Origin: Vermamoeba vermiformis
Taxonomy: Eukaryota
Direction of reading: 5' to 3'
Length of the DNA stretch: 64,000 nucleotides
Assembly (NCBI GenBank): GCA_045837725.1
Contig: JBEWZL010000238.1
Span: 248,001-312,000 of the forward strand
Position numbers and translations under genes: made by a program. Below, piece by piece: positions 1 to 12,449 of this stretch (the stretch's first letter is position 1; every line of letters starts with the position of its first letter). Under the pieces are notes generated by a model. The model was not told the DNA's origin. It made no database searches and worked only from the letters and a program-made list of their open reading frames with translations.

Positions 1-575
1 ATCGTAAATATCGAAATAAGTACCTGAGTATTATATCCAAGCCATGTTAAATACCGCGTGAGCTTCTTTGATATGTAAGACTTGCCTCTTGCGGGCAATC
101 CGCTCATAAAAATTACCAACTTCTCATCTGAATTATAATCTTCATCTTTTGCAAAAATATTCGAAGTTCTTCGTGTAATACTCTTTCTATTTATCAAATT
201 TACTATTAATATTGCTCTGAAAGCTCTGTCGCAGAAAAATTTTTTCAATTGCATTATTATTAACCTTCGGGATCGTTTAAATATTATAGATAAAATTTAT
301 TACATTATTCCTTTAGTAGAAAATTAATAACTGAGGCAAGCCCGAGTATTTTGAAGGAATAATAAATTTCAATATCTTTGAGGAACTTACGGAGAAGGTG
401 TAAGCAAATTCATATTCGCAAATTAGTGCATTAAGTGTTGTCTTCACTTCATACTGAATTAAGATTTTGAAAAAATCGGGTGAAATGCTTTTTTTGACCG
501 TTTTTTCTTGTGTTGCAAAATAACAGCGCCGGTCGAACACAAAACGGAATTGTAAAGCGGCGCTTTTGAGTTGTT

Positions 576-2681
576 ATGGATACTATTCCTAAAGAAGTGC
601 AGTTGCATATATTATCATATTTGAGTTGGAACTTGAAGTAAGCGAAACTTACCATACATCTAGATTTTACTTTGTTTTTTAATAACGGTAATTAATGTAT
701 TTAAATATTATTATAATTCTATTAATATTATACACGTGCGTTTAGCGAATAAATACATTGGATAACTATCAGTACCGTTTCTGTCGTTTTAACTTGATTT
801 TTTCGTTAGCTTGACGTTGGTTTCTAAGAAATGGCGCAGATTATATTGGCACACTAGGGGGAATAATTTATCATATAGCAATGGTGCTCCAACAGCAAAT
901 TATTGGCAGGAATTTTTTAGGGAGGTTGATCCTCACAGTATTAAACATCTGAGAGTGCGAATTCCTCATGTAGACAATACTATATTGCAAGATGGACTAT
1001 TATCGAAGCTATTATTCAATTTAGAAACGTTAATAGTCGACATTTTTCCGCCCAACAATTCGGATGTGTTTTTTGGTCAACTTCCGTCGCTTACTCGCTT
1101 ACGCACTTTGAAACTCGATAAACATAAAGGTACTTTACTTACTATAATGATCATATATCTTTTAAATAACAAGGTTTAATATTTCTCGAAACAGATTCAA
1201 GTCAGGTACTTAGCGCAGATTCGGTCTCAAAAATAGCAGCCTGTACAAAACTTGTGTCATTAGCGTTACCACATAATTACCGAGGATTGGCCGCACTGAC
1301 AGTACTGACTAATCTTCAGACCTAAAGTTTTTTTATTATGGAAATAGCGATGCACAACTTGAAGACGCACAAATATTAATGGATTCAATGACGCAACTAA
1401 AAAAATTGAACGTTGTTGTTAGGGAAGTAAGCGACATGTTCAATATTAAGAAAATAACTGGTTTGAAAGCATTCTCGGTCGAATTAAGTAAGTGCCCCAA
1501 AACTGAAATGCGATTATTTCCAAATTAGGAAGTTTTAATTAATCAAATTCTCGACGTGCTATGCACCTAATATATAACCTTAATTAATAAGGGATTTATT
1601 ATACAAAACTATTTTAAAGGATAGCGAAAAAAACATTTTCTTAATTAATTAATTTGCCTCGTATTATAGATGACCCATCAACGGACGACAATATACTAGA
1701 CGAAAGTAGAGGCTTTTCAATGGCCCCGCAGGTGATACTGGACAAATTGAAATTAACAAACGTCGCGTACATCGACGAAGTGGCAGGCTTGAGAAACACC
1801 AAAGAACTTCATTTCAAAGTTTTGGATGCAAATCATGCGCTGTACACGATTGATTTCGAGATGTTTAGACATATGACTAACTTGCAGGTGAGATTTTTTT
1901 AAACGAAAACAAAAAGTAGCTTATTCTCAATTTAAATGATCTAATTATGCTCATTTGCTTATTAGCGATGCTATCGTCACTTTTATTATTAGCTTATTGA
2001 TCTAACCTTTTTTAGAAATTACGGATCGACTCGTGGTTGTTATCATGCGATGAAGAATTGGCTCCATTAACGAATCTGATCAGCTTGATTGTTAAAGGGA
2101 CTGCATCGATAACAGGGGACTATAAATATATATTCGCTGCGGCACCCAACTTAAAACAGCTCTACATCCAGGTCAAGGACAAAGAGAGAACTTATGATTT
2201 TCGAGATTTGGAGCTTCTAAAGCATTTAGATAACTTTAAGATATATGGCATACTTCCTGATAACGAGGAAATACTGCAAAGATTGAAAGAAAAGAATTTA
2301 AGAATTCTTGGATTGGATGCGACTAATTTTACTCAGCAGCATTTTGACATACTAGGAAATTTCGATAGCGTAACGAATCTATCGGTAACTAATATTAATA
2401 TTCGGAATAATCCTATGGATCTAACGCAGATCTTCTCGCTGCCGAATCTGGAAATTTTGTACTTACAATTCCTGGGCGCTGTGGCTAGGGAAGACTATGA
2501 CAAATGGATGGCGGCTGCATTTAACACGAAACTTAGTCTATTTATCAATAGAAACGAATACGCACGAGTCTCAGCTTGGCAAAAAATCTTTCAAGGTAAC
2601 CAGTGGATTTGGATTCGGCTTAGCGACTTGGAAAGGGTTCGTAGTCCTGTTATTGAAGAGATATCTGCATTTTCCTTGTAA
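576..2681 (+). pseudogene. F-box + leucine-rich-repeat protein, probably pseudogenised
   Basis: First exon reads MDTIPKEVQLHILSYLS (F-box-like); later exons are LRRs (LTRLRTLKL, LTNLISLIV, LPNLEILYL). A 1-nt frameshift at about 1321 gives TAA (1323-1325) where LQT-L-K is expected, and there is an in-frame TAG at 1526-1528 in FPN*EVL. Confidence 0.7.
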
Positions 2682-3023
2682 TCTGTAATAAAGCAGCGGC
2701 GCCTTCAGATTAATAAACGCGAGCTCGATCGCGAGATTACTTTGTTGCTCAAGTAGCGCTTATTCTTGATAGTCAATAGGACATTTTTTAATATTGCCCT
2801 TATTTCATTCGGATATCCATTAAATTTAATCGGGTTGCACTGTAACTCATACAGGCCTTGGTCCCAAATCCAGCAGTGGGAGCGGATAATTACGCCTAAT
2901 GGCTGCAATAGGCCTTATAATACAAATATTACATCTTTATATTAAAATCCGTCTTAGTATTTATATTTCGAAATGGTACAATATTTACATTATGTATAAT
3001 TGTCGTCTCCCGTTGAAATTTCT

Positions 3024-3735
3024 TTAAACAAACGAAGCCTTAGCGTCATAATAACGAGCTGAATCCGATTCAGAGAACGATGTTGTGTCACGACTATAAT
3101 TGTCTTCGCGCGCACGAGATACGCGGCTCGATCGGCTTTAAAACAATTAGAAAACGGTTCTAATCGGATAATATCATTATCAGGTAGTACCTTTGTTTAT
3201 TCTTAGGCTTTTTAAGGGTTTCTTCGACACTTTCGAGCGTGATCGGAGATTGCAAGTCTGAGAAAGAGAATTTACGTTAATAAACAGAAAAACTTCGTTA
3301 ATATGTGGCTTCGGTTACCCTAACACTCACCCTCAATGTTAGATGATGATTTGCTGTCGATTACAGTAGAATTTGGCTCCAATTCAACAGGGCGGGATCT
3401 AGTTAATTAAAAATCGGGTAATTAGTACATCTGCTCACAGTGAATCAAACTTGAGCTTACTCTTGTCTGCCTTTATGTCCTACACTATCTCCAATCACAT
3501 AGAACTTATCTTGCAGGTCTAAAACAATTAATTAGCTACATCCAGATCAATAATTAAATAGAAAATTTGTTTTACCTCTTAGGCGCGGTGATTTACTATT
3601 TAATTCACCTCGTGACGAGCTAACAGTACGCGCTCTATCTACAGAGCTCTCGCTGTAATCATAATCGAAGTCACGTTCTTCCCAAGCGTCATCTGCCTGC
3701 GGCTTTTTATGAGATTTGCTACTGACACAGCCCAT
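3024..3735 (-). CDS. Small Ser/Arg/Asp-rich protein with an N-terminal MGC myristoylation/palmitoylation motif
   Basis: Starts MGCVSSKSHKK; several short exons with GT-AG introns; last exon ends ...DSARYYDAKASFV*. Confidence 0.65.
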
Positions 3736-4329
3736 GGTTAATTAGCAGAGTCTATTGTTGCATATAATTAGTTTGAGTTTGTGTTTTAATGAAGCAAACC
3801 GGTTTTTATCGCGTGCCAATTAGCAAAAAAAATTACCGCGCGAATTGCGAAAAATTACGAAAAATAGCCTAATTTAATTATCTGATCGTGCTAGAATAAT
3901 ATCAATGTTAAGGCGTAAGGAAAATTTAATACTTTGACGTTTTATATTAAATATGATTTGGATTTGTGGCACGGATTAGATTTACCGCTTACATTTCAGT
4001 TTTGATTCGTGTCAGACTGCTGTAATACAATTATATATGGCGCTTGGGAATACTTTCAGACGCACTTCTAATTGTGTTGCTCTATTTAATGAATTGATTG
4101 AATCAATTTCGGTTTGTCACACGAATTAACAATTGAATTGGCAAATCTTGAAATTTCATACCTGCCAGATCCCAGCGGTGCATATTCAGTCTCATAAACT
4201 TAGACTAACCTATCGAGAAGTCCTATCACGTTCAACCGCAAATTTACTTTTTTTGATTTATTTTTTATTTTTCGTACCTAAACCAGGCAAAGGAAGCAGA
4301 TCCAAAAGCATCTCTGAACTACAATCAAG

Positions 4330-5012
4330 ATGGGTGATAGTATGGTCCCTATGCTCAGTGCAATCGGCGCTGGAATTGCAGGTTATTTTGTCGGCCGCAG
4401 ATTAGCGAAGCGTTACGTTTCAGTTTGCTCTCCTGCTAGCGATGTAAGCATAATATTCATATTTAAATAGGACCCATTTATGTATAATTTCTTAAATTTA
4501 TCAATTTTGCAAGCTAATTAAAGAATTTTAATTCGTATAACGGTCGGATTCGCCAAAGACTTCCATTATTCCGATTACTAATGCTAAATTATTACATCAG
4601 AGCGCGATATTAGCCGCGTATTATGCCATGATTGAAATGTTTGGACCATGTAAGTGCAGGATGCACCGAAAAATTATCTTCGATTGTTATTAACGAAGAC
4701 GTCTTTTTCAAAATAATAGATCATATCTATTTTTCATATATTATTTAGTAGATTCTACTATTTTGATTTAGCGCCGATAAAAACAAGGCTGGATTCCAAT
4801 CCACAAAATCTCATTCTCTTTTCAGCCTTTTGCTACGGCCATATCGATAATATTTCCGCGCAATGTTATTAACTTGTATTTCATTAGTCGTTGTGGCTGG
4901 TCTTGGTGCTTACAGCACGCGAGTTCTTGCAAATTACGGATTTGGTTATTTCTCGCTGTATCTTGGCTCGCTCGCTGTGGCTTACAAACTCTTCGAATTA
5001 ATTTCGACTTAA
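4330..5012 (+). CDS. Small hydrophobic membrane protein (3 exons)
   Basis: MGDSMVPMLSAIGAGIAGYFVGRR... | SAILAAYYAMIEMFGP | FVVAGLGAYST...YKLFELIST*; splice phases are consistent. Confidence 0.65.
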
Positions 5013-5145
5013 TAAGTAATACATGTATTAGTAGACTGCACCTGAGTTGTCTCAGTATAAAAGTTGTACTGTATCAATAAAGTTTTTTTTGTTCAAACTC
5101 ATGAGATCGCACACCAGTGATTGACGTTTTAATGATTAAAGCAAA

Positions 5146-8100
5146 ATGAAGTATGTCGTACTCATATTTTGCATATTTTTTGTATTAATAGGGCTGAACT
5201 CTTCGGTCCATGCTCAAGTAAGAGAAAATCTTTTCAGATCAAAACTCAAATCAATTTGTAGACTGATTTTATAATTATAATAATTATCAATACCTTTAAA
5301 ATAGACCGTAATAACAATTCTAAGGGAAATTGGCTCGTTTCCTGCATCAGAAAATTATTAAAAATATTTTCAATATTATCGTTTGCTTTGCAAGGCTCAA
5401 TTGTTAATTATATTAATAGGACTTCTATCCTCATTACCCTTCGCGCGTTATTCACCGTATGAATGGCTTGTGGGACTTCGTTTTCCTCGGTGATGTGCAC
5501 GCAGACTCGATCGATGTTTCATCGATAAAATTCAACGATTCAATGGCTGTACCTGCCTGTTTCGATGCCACTCCTAGTTACGCTGGCAAAAGAGGTACAG
5601 AATAATCATAAGGATGGACATATAATAGCTGAATTTCGCATTTCGGTCGGATCAAACAAAAATTAAATATAGTCCAATATTAGTTTATTATAGTAATATC
5701 TATATAGAGTATTGAAATAAAAATGGCACGAGGGGGCCACGAATAATTTTTACTTTATTAATTTTCTCGTGGAGTTTTTCCCCTGTGACAGATCAATGAT
5801 AGATTTTTTTATGCAGTGCCTTAATGAATTATATTATAGGTTTGGTAGCATATAGAACAAAAGCCAAGATCACACCGAATTCAGCTTCATTACTGTATTT
5901 TGGCTCCGTTTCATTTTGGGCTAAAGTTTTCGTCGACCAAAAGCCGCTTGCCGTGCATTCTCCGAGTACGTCTTAATAATATTAAATGTCCACATATATC
6001 ATATTATTGATATTGAGGCACCGTTTACAGGTTATTATCCGTTTTGGGTGAATGTACCGCCTGCATCTAGCACCGACCGTGATCTGATCGTGTTGGTTGA
6101 TAATCGATTCAATTCTAGTACGAGTGTCTTACAATACCCCAATTTCGACTTTTACCAATACGGAGGCATTAATAGGGATGTTTACGTAAGTACCACAAGC
6201 CGGTACAAAAATTAGTCTAATCGGAAAAACTATCCTTTTTCAATACGTTAGCTAATTTAGTTAACACATGGCAAAAATTTTGTATGTTTTGGTATGGTAT
6301 TCTTATTTTTGTATCAGTGGTACGAAGTTGGATCCAGTTTCATGCAACGCGTTGAAATTTCGACCGATGTTGTTGGCACCGTGTCATTAGCGCTAATCAT
6401 CGGCGGAAATATTAAGAATACGCTTAATATTGTTGTTGAAATTGATACCAACGTTAAAGTAAGTGGCTTAAAGCTCAATTAAGAACGTGACTAAAATCAA
6501 AGATCTAACGTTTAATTAGGGAAAATTCAGTCGAGCACCGAATGATAAGGGCGTTATTAATTTACCAGCAATTTCGATGAATAATCCTTATTTTTGGCGT
6601 CCAAACACACCCCACCTTTATTACATCAAAATTTCGTTATTGGACACCTCCAACAATAGTAAGTCTGATACGTACTTCAAAATCAAATAATTAATAGCAT
6701 TATTATCGCAAATGAACGTAAATTTAATTGTTTTTCTGTAGTTTTGGATGTGCACGTGACGAGATTTGGGTTCCGTAAAATTGAAGCCAACAACGGTGGT
6801 ATTTATTTGAACGGCGAACAAATTCAACTGCACGGAGTTAACAGACACGAAGCACATCCTGAATTCGGTCCTGCATTGCCGTTCTCGTTGTTACTCAGCG
6901 ACATTCAGTTGCTCAAAGTACGTCGTTCGAAACACGCGAAAGTTTCCGAACTAACATTTCCTTATTTAGAATCTCGGTGTAAATTACGTTCGTGGGGCAC
7001 ATTATCCTCAAGATCCGCGTTGGATGGACCTTTGCGATCAGGTACGTGTCTTCAACTGAAATTTCGTTACGCGTGTCAACAATTTTCTCAATTGTTTAAT
7101 ACCACATGTTTTGACATTTTGACATTTATTCACGTTATTTCAAATCTATGACGCATATACTTCCTTCCTCTTAGCAAGATTTTCGTTCAGCTATTGAAAC
7201 GATTTTGAGTTTTCGTGGCTCTAATTTTTGTTTTGCTAATTGTAGTACGGAATTCTTTTGTGGGTCGAAAATATCGCGTGGGGCTATGACACTAAATTAG
7301 TACAAAATCCAATGTTTATGCCGGCACAAGTCGCATCAATGAATGAACTGATTGACGAGTCCTTCAATCATCCGTCCGTCATCATTTACGGATTCTTGAA
7401 CGAATGTAAGTTATCATTATGAATATTTCCACGGCAAAACTACCTTTTGTACGCTTGTAGTCGCAATTTTCCTTTTATGGAAATTGTAACGGATCCAAAC
7501 TCGAACTCCGCTATATTTATGCTTTAACAATTATAAATTATAGTAACATTATTCTATGTTAGGTCCTAGCGACAATCAGGATTGGTCAATAGTCTATTCA
7601 ACGCTGGTTAATGTAATCAAAAGCCGAAATACAGGTCGATTAGTACGCACGAACTTTTTCGTTATTAACGGGATAATAACTATAATTCCTATTTATAGAT
7701 CACGTATGCTTCAAATAGAGGTCAAAATGATATTTACATGGACTTGGTCGACATCGCATCCGTAAGACTTCTGTACGCAAAAGTTATGACGTTATAATTA
7801 ACGTTTTTGTTATGAATAGTTCAACACATATCCTGGTTGGTACGACACTCCAGATATTGGCCTCGATGAACTCTTGAGTCACGTTACTATGGAGCTGGAT
7901 GCGCTCCAACATTGGGCATCGAAAAAACATCCGGGGTAAAGAATCGAAAATGAACGCGAATAATGAGATTAACATATTTCAAATACAGCAAACCTGTTAC
8001 TATAAGCGAGATTGGTGCAGGAGCAATTTACGGCTGGAGGTTTGTACCGTATTTCCTTATTTGGAAAGTTTCTTAATGTATTGTTTGCAGAGATGAATTG

Positions 8101-8382
8101 AACGGATTCTGGACGGAGAGTTATCAATCAGAGTATTTGTCGCTAGCGATGGGCCACGTGATCGATCACCCTCAAAAATTTAGCGGAATTTCCTTGTGGC
8201 AATTCTTCGACATTAGAACGTACTCTGGTGCTCGTGACTTAGGACGTCCTAAAGGCTTTAATAACAAAGGTATATTAATACACCATATCGACGTGAATCT
8301 AATGATTTATTAAGGCTTATTGAACGCGAATAGAAAACCCAAAGAAAGCTATTGGACGATCCAAAAGTTGTTGCGAAAGTAG
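5146..8382 (+). CDS. Secreted glycoside hydrolase family 2, beta-glucuronidase type
   Basis: Signal peptide, then GH2 motifs across exons: DFYQYGGINRDV, RFGFRKI..LNGEQIQLHGVNRHE, RGAHYPQD, NHPSVIIYGFLNE (acid/base), ISEIGAG (nucleophile), GISLWQFFD, and NNKG (glucuronidase N-x-K motif). Confidence 0.9.
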
Positions 8383-8521
8383 CCAAGCAAAGAACTGTGT
8401 AATAAATCTTTGTAATATCATTGCTTTCTTAATATTGCTATACCCTGATTTAGTTAGATCCCGCGGCCAAAAAATTACGCATGAAAATTCTTCAGAATGA
8501 TATTATTCATATTGAAAGAAG

Positions 8522-9096
8522 ATGAGTGACCACGATTTAGACGCTATTAAAGAATACCATTTCCACATTTATTTCGAGCTTAATAATCCTGAATCTCGTG
8601 CTAAAGCAATGAAGATCCGGGAAGGGCTTGAAAATTTGATCGCGAGAAATATTTTGAAAATTAGTTTGTATCATGTAAGGCGATGATAATTACTAACACT
8701 ACTCCTATTAAATATTTTTCTGATTTTTAAAATTATTTAGATTAATGACAAGCCTGTCGGGCCACATCCAATCGGATCTTACGAAGTTTGGGTCCCACGC
8801 GAAGAATTCACATCAGTACTCAGCTGGATCACTACTAATAGAGATAGAGATACACCAGTACTCATTCATCCTCTTACTCGTTACGAAATACTGGATCACA
8901 CCGAGCGCGCAATGTGGATGGGACGAAAATTAACTTTAAATCTCGCTGTGTTATCTCCTGATCTCGGTACATATCGACATTATTATAGCTTATTCTATAT
9001 TGATGCATTAGGCAATATCTGTCGCATACTAACAAAAATTTAGGTTCGCCTCCGTTGCAGAATCCGCACTTCAAGTTGGGCTACTCGAAGGAATAA
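8522..9096 (+). CDS. DOPA 4,5-dioxygenase family protein
   Basis: IKEYHFHIYF, KPVGPHPIGSYEV, VLIHPLTRYEILDHTERAMWMG match the DOPA_dioxygenase family pattern. Confidence 0.9.
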
Positions 9097-9584
9097 GCAT
9101 CGATCGTCATTACTTGTAATATATACCTATGAATCTTTAATAATGATAAATAGCCTTTCAGATAATTATCTGTTGTATTGTTTCGCGTGACGGGATCTCA
9201 AATCGACACAATGACTTTGAACCTATAATTAGACCAGTAATAGCTATTTAAGCGATATCTAATGATAATTATCAATTAGGTCCGCCGAGAAGATGTTGAC
9301 CACGAGGACTGTTTCATTGCACGTGAATATGAAGGCGAGCCTTGGAGTGCTGAACATGGTCCCGCTGATGCCATTTAAATGCATGACAATCACTGTTGTG
9401 GTAATGCTGCATAAGAATTTGCTAAGCAGCGTTATTCCTAGTATTCCTAAGTTGTCAAAATGGATTAATTGGATCTTGCTTGCAACTTTGGTAATGTTTT
9501 TTGGCTGCAAATTTCGCTCGTTGCAACGCCTAAACTTTAAAGTTCTCTATTTAAATAGCAATAATCAAAGTAGTAAAACACAAT

Positions 9585-10227
9585 ATGGCTGGCAAGGAAC
9601 TGGTAAAGATAAACCTGGACATGCTCGGCAGTGAATCTAAATTAGATCTCGATCTGCATCTGTCGCAAAATTGTGCGATGAAGAGTCAGGAATGGCAAGA
9701 CGAAATCAAATCTAAATTGGCAGATATTTATAGCATTAAAAAAGAAGATATTGAACTTGATTGGTATTTTAAGCCGAAAGTTTCAGCGTACAACGAATTA
9801 TTCAAAGACTTCGCTAATTCTGGCAAAAATTACCGATTATTTGCTTCATTAAAAGGAGAAAAATTCAAAATTAATATTGAAGATGATCGCCAGAACGAAC
9901 CGGATCCAAAAAATCGTAAGCTTTTTAAATTGTCTTTCCTGAAATAACTACATAATTATGTAATTATACTACCAGGTACAACGTACACTAAAGCTCAAAT
10001 GCGAAGCATATCTAAAGCTGTGCAACAGATTTCAACACTTCTCGAACAAAACAACGAACCAGATCTACATGCTATGCTCAAAGAAAAACTGAACGGGTTG
10101 ATTTCGAAGCTACTACTACCCGAAACTATTGAACAAAGCGTGCAAAACTTGATCGGCAGTGTAGTATCTCGTTTGATTATATCTGAGACGGAGAAAGCTC
10201 AAGTTGGAGATCCACCACGCGACTAAG
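9585..10227 (+). CDS. Hypothetical protein (5' end uncertain)
   Basis: ORFs 9585-9947 and 9999-10226 join across a GT-AG intron. Upstream exon-like blocks (9211-9490) do not join in an open frame. Confidence 0.5.
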
Positions 10228-10432
10228 CCCCTACTCCCTTGCAAAAAGTATCCTATTTAAAATAAATATCATCAGGAGACGATAGTTTAAGCATACAACA
10301 TTGCCATCGCCAATCGCTAATATCAACTGCAAATTGTCGAAAAAATTGAACGGCCAAAACAATAAAAATAGACGTTAATATTTATATTTTAAAAGAATTA
10401 ATATACAGTTATAAATTTGCACGAATAATTGG

Positions 10433-12181
10433 TCATTCGTTACCGCTACTATTGTTATTGTTATTCTTCAATTTTTGCATAGCGCCGTAAATATCCTGCA
10501 AGGTGCTCAAAGCCTTGGCTTGGAATGAAATGAATTTCGACTGTAATGTCTTTTTTTTGTCGCCAATGTGCGGGAAATCAGGATTGATTCTGATCAATGT
10601 AGCGTTGTCAGTCTCGCTGATCAATGACTCGGATTGGTAGCGCACTGTCGGGATCTAAAGAATACAGGTTAGGAAAAGTACGGCAATATAGTCATATAGA
10701 ACTATAAAATATAAGAAAAATTTCCAGTAAAACTATTTCAAGCTGGATCCGTTTGAAAAAAAATCGAAAATTTTTCTCCCATAATGACAACATATTAAAT
10801 TCTTACTAGTGAATATATCGGTTACGTGTATTAAATAGGGATTTAGTTTTAACGAGATTAATATCGTTCAAACTTACGGTAATTCCAGCCCCACACTCAA
10901 TCACGACCAACTTCTTGTCAGGATATTCGCGCATTATTATGTCCAAATTTTGCTTCCATTCGTAGTAACTCTTTTTTATATTTTCAAATCGTTCGTACGA
11001 GCTGTCGCAGAACATCAAAACATTTCTAAATAAGGAAAGTATCGTTAGTTAATACTTATGAAACTGCCTATAATATTATATGTCTTATGTAGTTATATTT
11101 CTTACGGTCTTGCTAGTCCACCACATTTTGGACACGTAGGACGATTTTTCAAAGGATGATCTGATTTTTCGTCGGCCTTCATTGACTTGATATCGATCTA
11201 ACGATATTAAAATTAATACTAATAAGGTATAAATAATATATATAAGAATATTACATCGAATCTGAAATCGTTTGGTAGTTTCCATCGGTCAGTATTGCAG
11301 TCGGATCCTTTAAGGCATTGCCAATAATCGCAAGTACCATGAATTTCATATACTTCCTCTGCCTAATAACATATGTTAGTATAATATTGCGGAAATATAT
11401 TTATTTTACCTTAAATCCGGTTTTAATAAAGAAACCATCGACGTTACTAAAAATAGCAAAAATTTAGATCCGGTTAAAATAGTTCAATTAACGTACCTAG
11501 TGTACACGAATGACTGATTTAATTCGATTTTTTCTTCTTTGCCCTCAGAAGACTTATAAGTATAGGTCTTTGTTTTGTCAAACAGATCTTTTTTGATCTT
11601 CAAAAGGATCTCGTAACCTTCGTGCGGCTTAACGTCTTGATAATCATTATAACATTTGCCCCAAAATCCTATAATCATATTAATATTTATAACGGAATTA
11701 TTGACAATTCTTTACCGTAAAAAATGCTCGGATCTTTTTCTAGCCAATCGGGTTGACATAGATCTGCATAATCTAAGTTGAGCTTCTCATAAGCAGGAAA
11801 TTTAGCAACATCTTTATACTAAAAGAATATTGTTAGTGAATTTAAAGCGAGATAAGAATTGGATTTGAAAAAAAAGACTTTGCACGAACAGATTTCGGTT
11901 GAAAAATTAATATTGAAGAATTAAAACTTACTACTGCTAAGCCTGAATCCGCTGAAAAGCCTGCACCAGCTGCAAATACGATAAACTAAAAGATTCCGTT
12001 AAAAAAATGGTTTTCGAAACGAGTACATCCAAAGACTAAAGAACCAATTGATACGCGATATTTGACTAATAATAATGCTCAATATTCTTACTTCAGCCTC
12101 TGCTATAGCTTTCGCTGCTTTTTCTAATTTTTTGTTGTCGTCCAGTTGAATATCAAATCCAAGCTCGTCAACATCCGCCAT
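10433..12181 (-). CDS. Sirtuin (Sir2-family NAD-dependent deacylase), bacterial-like subclass
   Basis: AGAGFSADSG, DPSIFYGFWG..Y....PHEGY, YTSNVDG, EIHG....QC, IECGAG.TVPTVR, LIRINP. Confidence 0.9.
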
Positions 12182-12449
12182 AGTTATTTCTTCAATAGAC
12201 CTTTACAACAATTTTTCTATCGACTTTTCAAAGTAGGATATAAATATGCTATTAGGGAGGTTTTGTGGTCGCGAGACAGCTCGGTTTGGATCGAATGGGA
12301 ATTTTCTTCCCGACGAATCAATTTGTTTCACAAAATAAGTTTAATTTTCTCGCCATTATCTAAGGAAGACTAGATACCTATCATATTAAATAGATATTAA
12401 CCTTCCTGTATTATACTCCGCTCCAGTTATTAGATTCGGCAAACGAAAA

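Noticed and set aside
9280-9490. Exon-like block with five in-frame TAA/TAG codons, suggesting a ciliate-type code (TAR=Gln)
   Set aside because: That frame has no start codon and neighbouring genes end normally in TAA/TAG. A 5' UTR or decayed exon is more likely.
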